Under the pieces are notes generated by a model, which was given only the letters and a program-made list of their open reading frames with translations, was not told where the DNA came from and did not search any database. Made by a program: the position numbers and the translations under genes. Source: Octopus sinensis (lineage: Eukaryota). Taken from it: a DNA stretch of 64,000 nucleotides. Every line of letters begins with the position of its first letter. Position 1 is the first letter of the stretch. Below are positions 39,821 to 51,848 of this stretch, one piece after another. The DNA is taken from contig NC_043008.1 of assembly GCF_006345805.1 (NCBI RefSeq), positions 33,976,001 to 34,040,000 of the forward strand, in the 5' to 3' direction.

Positions 39821-40132
39821 GTAGCAGCCAGTAGGTGTCGCTTCCGACATCTCTGTTCGATGGTTTTATTACCTAGTTTCGGTGGAATACATCCACTTGT
39901 TTCAATAATAGAAATATTAAAATAACTAAGTCTCTCTAAAAGAGAACAGCGCAGCGTTCCCGGAAAATAATAGTTATCGCCATACTAATATGGCATTCTT
40001 ATAAAATAAGAAAAAGCTGTCCGCTTATTAGCTCCATGAGGCCATCGCCTTAAGTTAGCTATTTGATACACAAACTGTATCCATATAACCTTCGAACAAG
40101 GGAGGTCAGTCGTCCACACTACTTGACCGGCA

Positions 40133-40173
40133 GCTACAGACGCGTTTCGGGGTATTGCCCCTTTTCAAGCAGC
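40133..40173 (-). ncRNA. Hammerhead copy 2 (lacks the stem I base adjacent to the core)
   Basis: gctgc-TTGAAAA-gggg(caata)cccc-GAAA-cgcg-TC-tgtagc. Confidence 0.6.
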
Positions 40174-40706
40174 GTAGCCAGCCAGTAGGTGTCGCTTCCG
40201 ACAATCTCTGTTCGATGGTTTTATTTACCTAGTTTCGGTGGAATACATCCACTTGTTTTCAATAATAGAAATATTAAAATAACTAAGTCTCTCTAAAAGA
40301 GAACAGCGGCAGCGTTCCCGGAAAATAATAGTTATCGCATTACTAATATGGCATTCTTATAAAAATAAGAAAAAGCTGTCCGCTTATTAGCTCCATGAGG
40401 CCATCGCCTTAAGTTAGTATTTGTTCGAAGGTTATATGGATACAGTTTGTGTATCAAATAGCTAACTTAAGGCGATGGCCTCATGGAGCTAATAAGCGGA
40501 CAGCTTTTTTCTTATTTTTATAAGAATGCCATATTAGTATGGCGATAAACTATTATTTCCGGAACGCTGCCGCTGTCTCTTTTAGAGAGACTTAATTATT
40601 TTAAATTTCTATTATTGAAAACAAGTGGATGGATCCACGCTACCGAAACTAGGTAATAAAACCATCGAACAGAGATTGTCGGAAGCGACACCTACTGGCT
40701 GGCTAC

Positions 40707-40746
40707 GCTGCTTGAAAAGGGGCAATACCCGAAACGCGTCTGTAGC
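40707..40746 (+). ncRNA. Hammerhead copy 3 in the inverted arm
   Basis: gctgc-TTGAAAA-ggg(gcaata)ccc-GAAA-cgcg-TC-tgtagc. Confidence 0.6.
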
Positions 40747-40987
40747 TGCCGGTCAAGTAGTGTGGAGCGACTGACCTCCCTTGTTCGAAGGTTATATGGA
40801 TACAGTTTGTGTATCAAATAGCTACTTAAGGCGATGGCCTCATGGAGCTAATAAGCGGACAGCTTTTTTCTTATTTTTATAAGAATGCCATATTAGTATG
40901 GCGATAACTATTATTTTCCGGGAACGCTGCCGCTGTTCTCTTTTAGAGAGACTTAGTTATTTTTAATATTTTCTTTTTTCTATTACC

Positions 40988-41040
<53 letters not shown>

Positions 41041-41296
41041 ATATATATATATATATATACATACATACATACATATATATATACATATATACGACGGGCT
41101 TCTTTCAGTTTCCGTCCACCAAATCCACTCACAAGGCTATAGTGAAAGACACTTGCCCAAGGTGCCATGTGTGGTAAGCAAGCTAATTACCACACAGCCA
41201 CTCCTGCACCAAGTCATTAATTTTTATTATTTGGTGTGAAAATTAACATAACAAGCAACTTTTGGCATAACAATTAAAAAATGGATCCTATTTTAT

Positions 41297-41743
41297 AAAC
41301 TTAATTCAACTAATGCAAATAATATGAAAAGGAAACCTAAAACAGCTCTATATCTATGATAATGATGAAAAGGAATCTTATGTAAATCACTGTTTAAACC
41401 TAAAGGAATACCTGAACTCCCCTCATGTATAAGCAAAAAAATATAAAATAACCAAACCCACAATAATAAGGGCAACAAAGAATGAAAAAAAAAATCGACT
41501 TAAAGTAGCATCATCAACAAAAAAATGCTCCCCAAATTCAATAAACTAATGCTTCCCTAATATAAGGAACTTCTGAAACTAAATTAGTAGAAACTGTAGC
41601 TCCCCAAAAAGACATTTGACTTCATGGTAATACACACACAACAAAACCAGTCAATATAACTAAACTATACAACAAAAACCCGACATTTCAAGAATAAATA
41701 TTTATATATAAACCATAATACAAACCATGACCAATATGTATAT
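41297..41743 (-). pseudogene. CYTB: NUMT part 1: central cytb
   Basis: Minus strand (mito code) IHIGHGLYYG...WNVGFLLY...[24 protein letters not shown]...[13 protein letters not shown]...[21 protein letters not shown]...LVELSL. Confidence 0.95.
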
Positions 41744-42527
41744 CTTCATCATCATCATTCGAATTAGGTTATGGGCATGAGACAATCGTAGTGGTTTTAC
41801 TTTTTATATTATATCAAACATTTTAATACTTTTTGATAGTTATATATATTTAATAAAAATAAATAAATAAATAAAAAATAAAAAAATATATATATATAAA
41901 AATTTATAAATATAAATTAATAATTTTAAATTTTTAACTTTAAATTTAAATGATTTAAATTTTGAATTTTATATTTTATATATTTTGTATTTTATATTAA
42001 TTAATTTTATTTCTATGGTTTGGTTTATGTTTTTCAATGTTTGATTTTTGCCTAATAGTGGTTTTATCTCTAATTCAATTTTATATATTATCTACATATA
42101 ATATTATAACACAAAATAAGCTAGGTTAAGAGTGCAACCCCACTAAGGATAGTGGAATATTCGTTGGATAAAAAATACAAAATTTAAGTATAATTTTAAC
42201 TTCAACTTTATGAAAAAAAGAAAAAAAATCCTCATATTGATATTTGGTGTATATTCGTGCGTATATAAATACATGTACATGTTGCTTCTATTTGTTACCC
42301 ACACGCATGAACCTGTATGTATTAAGAAGAACTATATACTAAAAGCCATGGTCTAACTGTATGTTTTTTATATATTTATATACATATATATATCTGTTTG
42401 TATGGATTGTGAATTGTTTATCTTGTATTGTAATATTTGATATATTAGAATATATTATAATATGTATTGTCAAGTGACGATTACTATAAATTTAATAATA
42501 TTGTAATTATTGATAAATATAATAATA

Positions 42528-42569
<42 letters not shown>

Positions 42570-42840
42570 TTGATTATTGTTTATGTAGTCACGAGCATAG
42601 ACGTGTTTATATGTTCCAGTATATATGTATATATATCTATATGACGAACGATCTATTTACTTGGACCTATAGTTTAATTGTGTTTATTTATGTATTTTTG
42701 CACATGTAAAAGTATATATACTCTGCTTATGTATGTATATATGTTTATGTATAAGTCTATATGGATATTTGTTCATATTTTTTATATATATAATTATACG
42801 TCTATCCTGTTTCATGTATTAAAATTTTTGGAGTTCTTTA

Positions 42841-42970
42841 TAATCGCTGACGAGGCCTATGGTTATATATATAAGACCTATTCTTAATGCCTACAACCTC
42901 AATATAATTGACAACTATAGGCAATAAAAAATACTTTTAACCATATGCTGAAACAGCTGTAAGGAATGAT
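42841..42970 (+). ncRNA. Penelope-type hammerhead-like motif with long stem II insertion
   Basis: CTGACGA (42847), stem ggcctatggtt/aaccatatgct (10 of 11 pairs), GAAA-cagctg-TA; stem I pairing is poor. Confidence 0.45.
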
Positions 42971-43157
42971 TTTAATGATTTCAATAATTTATATTATGAT
43001 TTTTATAATTTGCATTCTTATCTTATATGTATTGAATTATAAGGTATATATGTATGCTCTAAGGTTCTCATTTTTTTAAATGAATAAATAATTCAACATT
43101 CTAATATCTGAAAGTTGATGAACAAACTAAATTGTTTCTCCTTTTCCTTATTTGTAT

Positions 43158-43193
<36 letters not shown>

Positions 43194-43789
43194 TACTCTT
43201 TTACACTTTTATTTGTTTCAGTCATCTAACTGCAGCCTTATTGGAGCACCGCTTTTTAGTTGAATAAATTGACACAAGGACTTATTCCTTGTAAGCTCTA
43301 TGGGTCACTTTTGCTGAAACATTAAGTTATGGGGATGTAAACTCACCCAAACACACCAACATCGTGTTTCAAGCAAAGGTTAGTGGGGACAAACACAGAC
43401 ACAAATACATACATACATACATACATTATACATATATAATACATATATATTATATATTATTACATTATATATATATATTAATATATATATATATATATAT
43501 ATAATATACATGAGCTTCTTTCAGTTTCTGTCAACCAAATCCACTCACAAAGCTTTGGTTGGCTTGAGGCTATAGTAGACGACACATGTCCAAGTTTCCA
43601 TGCAAGTTTCCATGCATCATCATCATCATTTAATGTCCATTGTCCATACTGTCATGAATTGGACAGTTTGACCAAGGCTTTCAATCTGAGGGGCTGCGCC
43701 AATCTTCTGTCTGATTTGGCATAGCTTCAATGGCTGGATGCCCTTCCTAATACCAACCACTCCAATATATATTATATATATATATATAT

Positions 43790-45060
43790 ATATTGTTGGG
43801 AGAGGAAAAGTCATTCCTGCATCGGCTAGTGAGAACAACAGATACTGTTTGATCTTGGGATGACTTTTTCTCTCCCTCCGATATCCAGTGTTTTTAAACA
43901 GTACATCCATAAGAGATTTTTTCTTGAATAAAACCTGCAACAACTAGCCTATCAACTGTAGTTGTATATATATTAAGTATGATAAATTGATGGTTGTGGT
44001 GTGTGAAGTTTGAAACTAAAAAAACACCGTTTGTTTTTAAATTTCAAGAAAGTGAAGTAGTAGCTAATTCTTTCAAAGCCAAATAAATATGATTATTTAC
44101 TTCTTATGTCAAACAAAATATATTTCTCTACAAAAGATAAAGAACTGAAATTTCCCAACACTAATAAGTTGTTTTTTTTCTTTTTCAACTTTTTTTTAAT
44201 AATTAATGAAATTACTTTAATGCGAGAATTACTGAAGGCTACTTAAAATAAAAAGAGATGAGTAAAAAAAAAGTGAGAGAGAGGAACAGGAAAATCTATA
44301 TTTAAACTGACAAGTCTAATATTAGACAGTTTTCAGTTGTTGCATTCTTATTGGTGGTTGTCTTAATTCAGACTACTGAAATTTATTTGAATAATCGAGT
44401 ATGTTTGTTAACTAACTTTGTCACATTTAAATAAATTAAGAGTGTCATATGAAATGCACAAGTGGCTTTTAACATATGATTATTTCATTTGTTTTATATT
44501 TTAGTTTTTTAATATAACTTTGTCCAACTGTCCATCCCAGATCCCCTCCTCACATCCTGATGGTGAGAACAACCAAGGAAGTGTGTAACATGGCACCAAA
44601 GAAATATAAACACAAAGCCTTGTTGACAAGCACCAGCTGTTTTTAGCTGATAAACTTCAGTGAAAGATACACACACGCAAACACTCACACACAAAACACA
44701 TGCAGTACATGACCCCCCCCCCCGCCAAACGGTAGTGGAAAAGTCATTCCGGCAGTGGCTAGTGAGAACACTGGATGCTGTTTGAAACTTCTTGGAATGA
44801 TTTTTCATCTCCCTCCAACATAATGTTTTTAAACAGCATCTCCATAAGAGATGTCTTTCTTGAATAAAAACGGCAGCAGTTGGCCTATCAGCTGTGTATA
44901 TACATTATAGATGATAAATTGATGGTTATGTGTGAAGTACTTTCCAGTGCAAATAAATATGATTATTCACTTCAAATGTCAAAAGAAACATATTTCTATA
45001 CGAAAGACAAAGAACTGAAACAGCAAATACCCCAACACTAATGAGTTCTTGTTATTTTCT
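43790..45060. repeat. Two diverged direct copies of a ~350-bp unit (43790-44160, 44720-45060)
   Basis: Shared ggaaaagtcattcc..., ccataagaga...cttgaataaaa..., gataaattgatggtt..., caaataaatatgattatt blocks. Confidence 0.75.
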
Positions 45061-45879
45061 TAATCTTTTTTTTTTTATAATTAGAGAAATGGATCTTTTC
45101 AATCTGACCAACAGATTTTTTAATGAATTTTTTTGTAACTAAACACTTTGAAACTTCGGACACTGATAGAATGTGTCACACTGAACAGAGTTTACTCTTA
45201 ATGTTTTTGACAAAATTTTGTATTTTAGAAGTTATTTTGTGTTAAAGTTGTTGTATTTGGGTAATTCTAACCAGTCAATGGCATGTATTCAGCTGAAGAA
45301 AATTACCGCTGCTTTTTGCGAACAACAACTTCCGTGTCCACTCCCCTAACAAAACCTTTCTTTAATAACCAGAGATGTTTTTATAGCAACATAGGTTTGC
45401 TGTATCAGGGTTGATTTGAGGCTAAATAACAATAAATTATTACTGAGACAGACCAACCATTGAGCCTGTATGTGGTTGCATGACCTGCTAGAAAAAATAG
45501 CCAAGCTTTTATATATACAGAATAAATAAACCTCTATCCTGTGATAAACACATAGAGTCCACTATGTCTGGGTAGAAAGATGGAATGGTCACAGTTGAGA
45601 CATCTTTGATCCAATCTGATGGAACAGATATAATCAAAGACGTCCCAACTGTGACCATTACAACATATATAGGACAGCTATTCCAATAAAATTCCTTTCT
45701 CCATCAGATGACAACATATGAGTTTTGGTCTTCTCATAGGTCTTCACAATAGCAAGAACAATTCTTCTGAAATGCCATATGCCAATAATTCTAAAGCTGA
45801 AAAAGAAATGATTTGAGGTGTTGAGAGATGTAATTTTATAATTAAACTAAATTCAAAATTTAAATTTTGGAACATATTA

Positions 45880-46901
45880 TCAGGTTCAGTAAAAAGTAAG
45901 CAACATTATGAACCATGAAGAATTTGTACTGGATTTTTGCAGAGTTTTGAATTTTTTAAAAACATTCTTTGTAATTGTCTGATAACACAGACATAGACTT
46001 GCCTGGACACCCATCTGTCATCGATGACGATCAACTAAAGACCGTCATTGAGAAAGATCCACATGAAACCACTCGAGAACTGGCAAATGAACTTCAAGTT
46101 ACCCAGAAAACTGCCTGCAACCATTTGTATGTGATTGGAAAATCAAAAAGTTTTGACAAATGCTTACCACATGATTTGAATGGAAATCAAAAAATGTGCA
46201 GATATGAAATTTGCTTGCTGCTTCTCTGTAACCAGACCAATCCATTTCTTGACCAAATTGTAACTTGCAATGAAAATTGGATTCTGTACAATAATAAAAA
46301 ACGTTCTTTGCAGTAGTTGGACCAACACGAAGCACCGAAAACCTTCTCAAACCCAAGCTCTTCAAAAAGAAGGTTATGGTGACCGTTTGGTGGTGTACTG
46401 CTAGACACATCCACTATAACTTCTTTAAACCTAGAAAAACCATTACTGCAGAGACATATTGCCATGAAATTGCCAAAATGAACGAAAAACTGCCACTCCT
46501 CCAGCCCAGAAGAAGGTCAATCCTCTTTCACGACAATGCTTAACTGCACGTTTCACTAATGATACTCTAGAAGTTGTAAGAACTTGGCTACGAAGTTCTT
46601 CCCCACCCAGCTTATTCTCCACACTTTCCTCCTGCTGACTACCACTTTTTCAAGCACCTTGATTGTGTCCTATGAGAGAAGGAGTTCAAAAATCAAACCA
46701 ATGCTGAAAGTGAATCCAAAGAGTTTATCAGCTCCAGAATTCCAGATTTTTATGTTAGTGGAACAAACAAACTTGTAACTTGTTGGCAAAATTATGCTGA
46801 CTGTAATGGTACTTACTTTGATGAATAAATTCCTGCATTGTTGAAATATATTGTGATGAATTTCATGTTTCAAAACGTTGCTTACTTTTTACTCAGCCTG
46901 A
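45880..46901 (+). mobile_element. Mariner element with both TIRs and TA TSDs, 5'-deleted decayed transposase
   Basis: TA|tcaggttcagtaaaaagtaagcaac ... gttgcttactttttactcagcctga|TA; IVTCNENWILY, LFHDNA, YSPHFPPADYHFF motifs. Confidence 0.9.
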
Positions 46902-47093
46902 TACATACTTGCTCTTTCATAAGATAAGACCAGTTTTCAATGCCTCACTAAAATAAGGAAGTTTACAATGGCAATATGTGTGTGTGTGTGTTTAATGGCC
47001 AGTGGTCAATCATGCACTGAAAGAAAGAATTTGAATTAGAGACAACAAGTAACTTCTTTCTATCAATCGCTTTATCTGCCTTTATATACATCC

Positions 47094-47133
<40 letters not shown>

Positions 47134-47539
47134 ACACTCACACACATACACACACACTCACACATGCACAGATGCATACACTTTTTGGAGTGTTTTGTTG
47201 TTTTCTGTCAATGTCCCAAAAGGAACTGCTATCTATTTCCCATGGAAATCATGGCTGCTTTGGGAATAGGTAGTAAAGTGTTTTTAATTGAATGAATGGA
47301 TGTCACTAATGTAGTTAAAACTATGGTTATTTGTAAAAAAAAAAAGATCTATTACATTTTCTAAGTTATGTTCGTTTATTGAAAGAGAACCTCTGTGTGT
47401 AAGGTTGCTGAAAGGTGGGTGATCCCTGTATTGAATGCTACATACCCTCCATAGCAGGAGAGCCCTATATCTAGTGGATGTTCAGGGCAGTTGCCCTCTA
47501 CGACCCCCTATAAATCCAGCCCTGCCATTAATTCTGATG

Positions 47540-47996
47540 TGTACTTTTGTCAGCTAGCTAATTTGAACCAAAAAATCAAAGAATTGAGGCTGCAAATTGT
47601 CAACAGGAAAGGAGTAATGTTCCAACAAGACAATGCATGACCACATATGTCTTTAGTTACCCAAACAAACTTACATAAATTTGGCTGAGATCTCTTACCC
47701 AATCCACCATATTCTCCTGACATTGTGTCATCCACCTACCATTTTTTTGTCTCTACAGAACTCATTGCAAGAAAAAGCATTTGATGATTTAGATGAAGTC
47801 AGAATGCATCTAGATAACTTTGTATCCAAAACTGGTCAAATTTTATGCTGATGGAATATTTAAATTGCCTGATAGATCGGCAAAGGTCATTAATAATAAT
47901 GGAAATTATTTCATTTAATAGAATTTATTGAAAGGTCAATTTTATATCCCCTTTCATATATTAAAAAATGCTCAGAACTTATGGGACAACCTTAAT
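47540..47996 (+). mobile_element. Mariner transposase C-terminal fragment with one TIR-like end
   Basis: NRKGVMFQQDNA*PH...PPYSPDIVSSTYHFF...; ends aacttatgggacaacctta. Confidence 0.8.
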
Positions 47997-48059
47997 ATAA
48001 AATAACTTTTCTTTGTTTTCTTTGAAAATATCTGGTTAAACTTGTGACTACCACATTCT

Positions 48060-50560
48060 CTCTGCTCATTAATTTTGATTCGTTACTAGCATAGATGAGG
48101 ATATCGTGTCAGTCCCCTTCAGTAAAGTTTCTATACAGTTATGAAATATACCACTTTAACGCTTAAGACTCAGGTGAAGTCTGTTGACTAAGTACAAACC
48201 ATTGGTTGTATTGATAGTACAAACACATCTTGCATCCTCAGCTAAAGGTATTTGCCAAACGCATGCTTTAGATAGAGAGATGAGAAAACTTTTGCATCTG
48301 TCATGCTAGAGAATATAGTATCAATCAATGATATGGGAAAAGAATAGGTGTCAATATGTGCATTTAAATGTGCCTTGTAATCAACACACATACGAAGAAA
48401 CACATTCTTTTTTAATGATCCAGATCATGATTAAGGTACATCTGATTCCAGGGTAATCTGACGGAGTGATAGTACTCACCACTTCCAACCTCTGCAACAC
48501 ATCTTTGACTTTGTTTTCTAAATTAATGACAACATGTTTTGCTGAACAAATCACGCTAAATCACATCCTGGCAGTTAATATGAGCAACAAAGCCTTTGCC
48601 GCAAGGTGGTGTTAACCGTTGTTTCAATAGATATAGAATGAATAATATGAAATGCTGGCGGTTGAGTTGGGTTCAGGCTGCATATAATGAATGCACAACA
48701 CTCATGAACAATTAACATAATTTTATTTCACCGCATATTTCCATTGTAGGTCCTGAATTAAAAAATGCAACAACAAAATTTACACGCTGGTAGAACAATT
48801 CTGTAGTTATTACAAATAGTTGATTAGAACGCACTGTAATTAAGCGGCTAGGACAGGACAAAATATACAGACTGAGTTTAAGTTAGTGAACTATAGCTCT
48901 GCAGTCATGAGAATGATTGTTAAAAGTTAAAGCAGAAAAATGTCAGAAAGGTTTGCTTAACTTAAGGCAGTGAGCTGGCAGAAAAGTTAGCACATCAGGC
49001 AAAATACTTAGTGTATTTCACCTGCCTTTATGTTCTGAGTTCAAATTCCGTTCAGGTCGACTTTGCCTTTCATCATTTTGGGTTGATAAATTAAGTTGCA
49101 TACTGGGATCAATTTAATCAACTGGCCCCCTCCCCCAAAATTTCAGGCCTTGTGCCTAGAGCAGCAAAGAATATTGTTTGCTTAGCTTAGGGCAGCCACT
49201 AGCTGAAAGTTTGGTGCTCAAAACGTGCCTGTATATAAGCTTTGTAAAAGCGATGTTCTAGCAGCTTCTAGAAAGATACATCACATGATGTCTTGTTGCT
49301 GATTGTTCCATAACTTGGCTGATCACATGAAAAAGCTGTTGCTAAGCTGGGACTTTAACTTGGCAATTTGGTCATTTGGTTTCAAATCTTGCTACACATT
49401 TAACCTCTGTTAAAGTTTTTGTGTTTAACTTAAAACAAAATGAGCTGTCCTTAATAACATCTTTTCCAATCAGTTTGTTCCTTCTCGAGCCATTCCTGAC
49501 TCATAATGGCCGGTTTCCCAGTTTCCTTGGCGTATAGTTTCCCCACCTGAACGGGACGCCGGTCCGTCGCAGGTGAGCTGCAAGACGCAGGAGGAAAGAG
49601 TGAGAGAAAGTTGTGGCGAAAGAGTCAGCAGAAGTTCGCCATTACTGTCTGCCAGAACCGTATGGAGCTTAGGTGTTTCGCTCATAAACACACATATCGC
49701 CTGGTCTGAGATTCGAACCTGCTATCCCTCAACCGTGAGTTCGCTGCTGTAACCACTAGGCCATGTGCCTCCACTCTCCAAGTAGTCCGAAAGTGTAAAT
49801 GCTATCTACTACAATAAAGCAACAAGATTCCTCTGTACCAATGAGTTCAAATTTTACAAGGATTGATCCAACCCCCTTTAGATCTGAACCATCAAAAGTG
49901 GTTAAGTGTTTATAACATGATTTGACTGAAAGGTTAAATTGTGAAGTGAATGAAAATGGAACTATCAAACAAACTACTCCAGTATCCACCCTCATATTGT
50001 CACCGTTCATGGCTGGATGACTTGATGAGTTGGTGAATAATGATACCAATCATGTGAAACTATGGTGGTTCACTCGTGATATCTAATCACGTATCCAGTG
50101 ATTCAGTTTTGAATGATTACCAAAATACCAATGTCTCTGTCATTTACAAAAATCAAGGTTATCTACCTGCTCACATTTAGCATTTGATTAAAACCAACTT
50201 TAAAACCAGCCTTACTTGGAAACCCATTTACGTTATACACGTTACACACAAATTTAGATTGGCAAAATCTTGCAAAACGCCCTACTTTCCGACATTTGTG
50301 ACATCTTTTCCCATATGCTGGATATTCATGCATTTTATGTGTCCCCCAGACAATTCCGATATTTCACTATACTAACGATATTACGACTGCTGCTGCTAGC
50401 AATATTTTTGTTAACATTAAAGTTAGTTGTTGTTACTAATGTAAGCTATCAACTGCTTGCAAATAGTGTTTCTGATTCTATAGTGGATGTAAGAGCAGCT
50501 ATTTCAGTATATTTAATTTTAGAATGATGTCGTAATTGATCTAAATATTTCAGCTTTACC
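48060..50560 (-). mobile_element. Gypsy relic (gag Zn knuckle, protease, RT) interrupted by two SINEs
   Basis: Minus strand YPAYGKRCHKCRKVGRFARFC (~50300), MRVDTGVVCLIVP (~49990), LRMCVDYKAHLN...AKVFSSLYL...CTINTTNGLY (~48400-48180). Confidence 0.8.
49470..49775 (-). mobile_element. tRNA-derived SINE (third family)
   Basis: Head gtggaggcacatggcctagtggtta (A box)...ggttcgaatc (B box) with no tRNA 3' acceptor strand. Confidence 0.8.
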
Positions 50561-51360
50561 TCTGTTCATGATAAGCCAACAATAAAAATGAGTTTTATGA
50601 ATTCCTCTGCTGGGTTTTCTCTCATCCTATTCAGATGATAGAAGGAGACTTGAGAATTAATCCTAAGTAGAAAGACATTGATTTACTTACTCTTACAGTT
50701 TGAGTCTGACCACAATTAACAATCTCTCCTTCAGAGAGAGTGAGAATAATGCAAATGTGCATATTTTCTTTCTCTCTCTGACATCAACACTAATTCTGCC
50801 AGTTTTGAGTCCTGTACATGCCTTTATGGAGGTAATCACAAGTGTATAGCAGTTACTCATACATGTATAAAGTAGATTATCACTCAAGAGACATTTAGAA
50901 TTTCATAACTGTTTTGGAATGTTGTAAAGAAGATGGTATATAAAATTGCTACTAGTACTTGGCTTATTTCAGTTCCTGGACCAGGTCATGCTCTTAGCGA
51001 AACACTTCAGTTGGCAATAATGAGTAATCTTGCAACAGACCAATGTGTCATCTAGGGAAAAAATATGTCCCAGAATCCAGGAAACTGGCATTGTGAACTT
51101 GTGGCTTGGAAAGATCTTTCATACTTATCATTTTTTTGTGTTTGGATAGTGTGGATGCTGAATCTAGTATCTTTGGGCCATGGGAACATTTTGAACTTGT
51201 CCCTTAAGTTTCAAACATAATGTGGGAAAAGGCAATGTTGGTTCCATGTTCCATCAATGAATTTGAAAGAGTATATGTGTTGTTTGAATCTGCTCTTAAA
51301 TGTTTATTGCAGATGAGAAAGCAAGATACTTAACATGAAAGCAGAAAACCTTTAAGAATT

Positions 51361-51848
51361 TGCAGTGGTCTATGTAGCTAAATAATTGAATAATCTCCCT
51401 TGCATAGATGTTTCTAGAAGGATCTATGTCATGAGACGTGATTCATAATAATTCAAGAAGCTTAGCGTTTCTCTTGGCAGTTTCAAGAATGTCTTGTGTT
51501 CCATTAATAAAAACAGCTTGCAAACCTGCTCTTCGTTCTTAGTCGATTAGACTTAGAATCATTCACATCATTGCCATGTCCATCTATTTCTCTATGTCAC
51601 ATGACTGAAAACCACCACTTAGATGTTATTTCTACATTTTCTATCTCTGAACTTTCTTGCATAGATTACTTCATTCAATTAGATTCTACATTTTGATTAT
51701 GTATCACCATTGACCAGTAAATAAAATATATTTTTATGTAGTAAATATATAGTTCTTGAATTTATTCTTCGTCTCTAAATAAACTCATGTAATAATATAT
51801 ACACGCAGCTATATCACCACCTGGTACTGAATATATATCTCCACTACA
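51361..51848 (+). repeat. 5' LTR
   Basis: tgcagtggtc...ccactaca; aligns to 54814-55376. Confidence 0.95.

Larger units (their letters stand above)
39614..40970. repeat. ~355-bp tandem repeat (2.3 units forward, then 1.55 units inverted), hammerhead-containing, retrozyme-like
   Basis: Unit starts ataatagttatcgc at 39614, 39967 and 40325; orientation flips at ~40421; flanked by (TA)n. Confidence 0.95.

Noticed and set aside
39614-40970. CRISPR-like array
   Set aside because: Whole ~355-bp units repeat with no unique spacers, the context is eukaryotic, and there are no cas genes.
41760-42460. Very AT-rich stretch next to the NUMT as mitochondrial control region or rRNA
   Set aside because: No recognisable mitochondrial motif. 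cytb homology ends at ~41743 at a (cat)n tract, and the mitochondrial neighbour there would be more cytb.
49700-49775. tRNA gene
   Set aside because: A and B boxes are present but there is no complete cloverleaf, and it continues into a SINE body.
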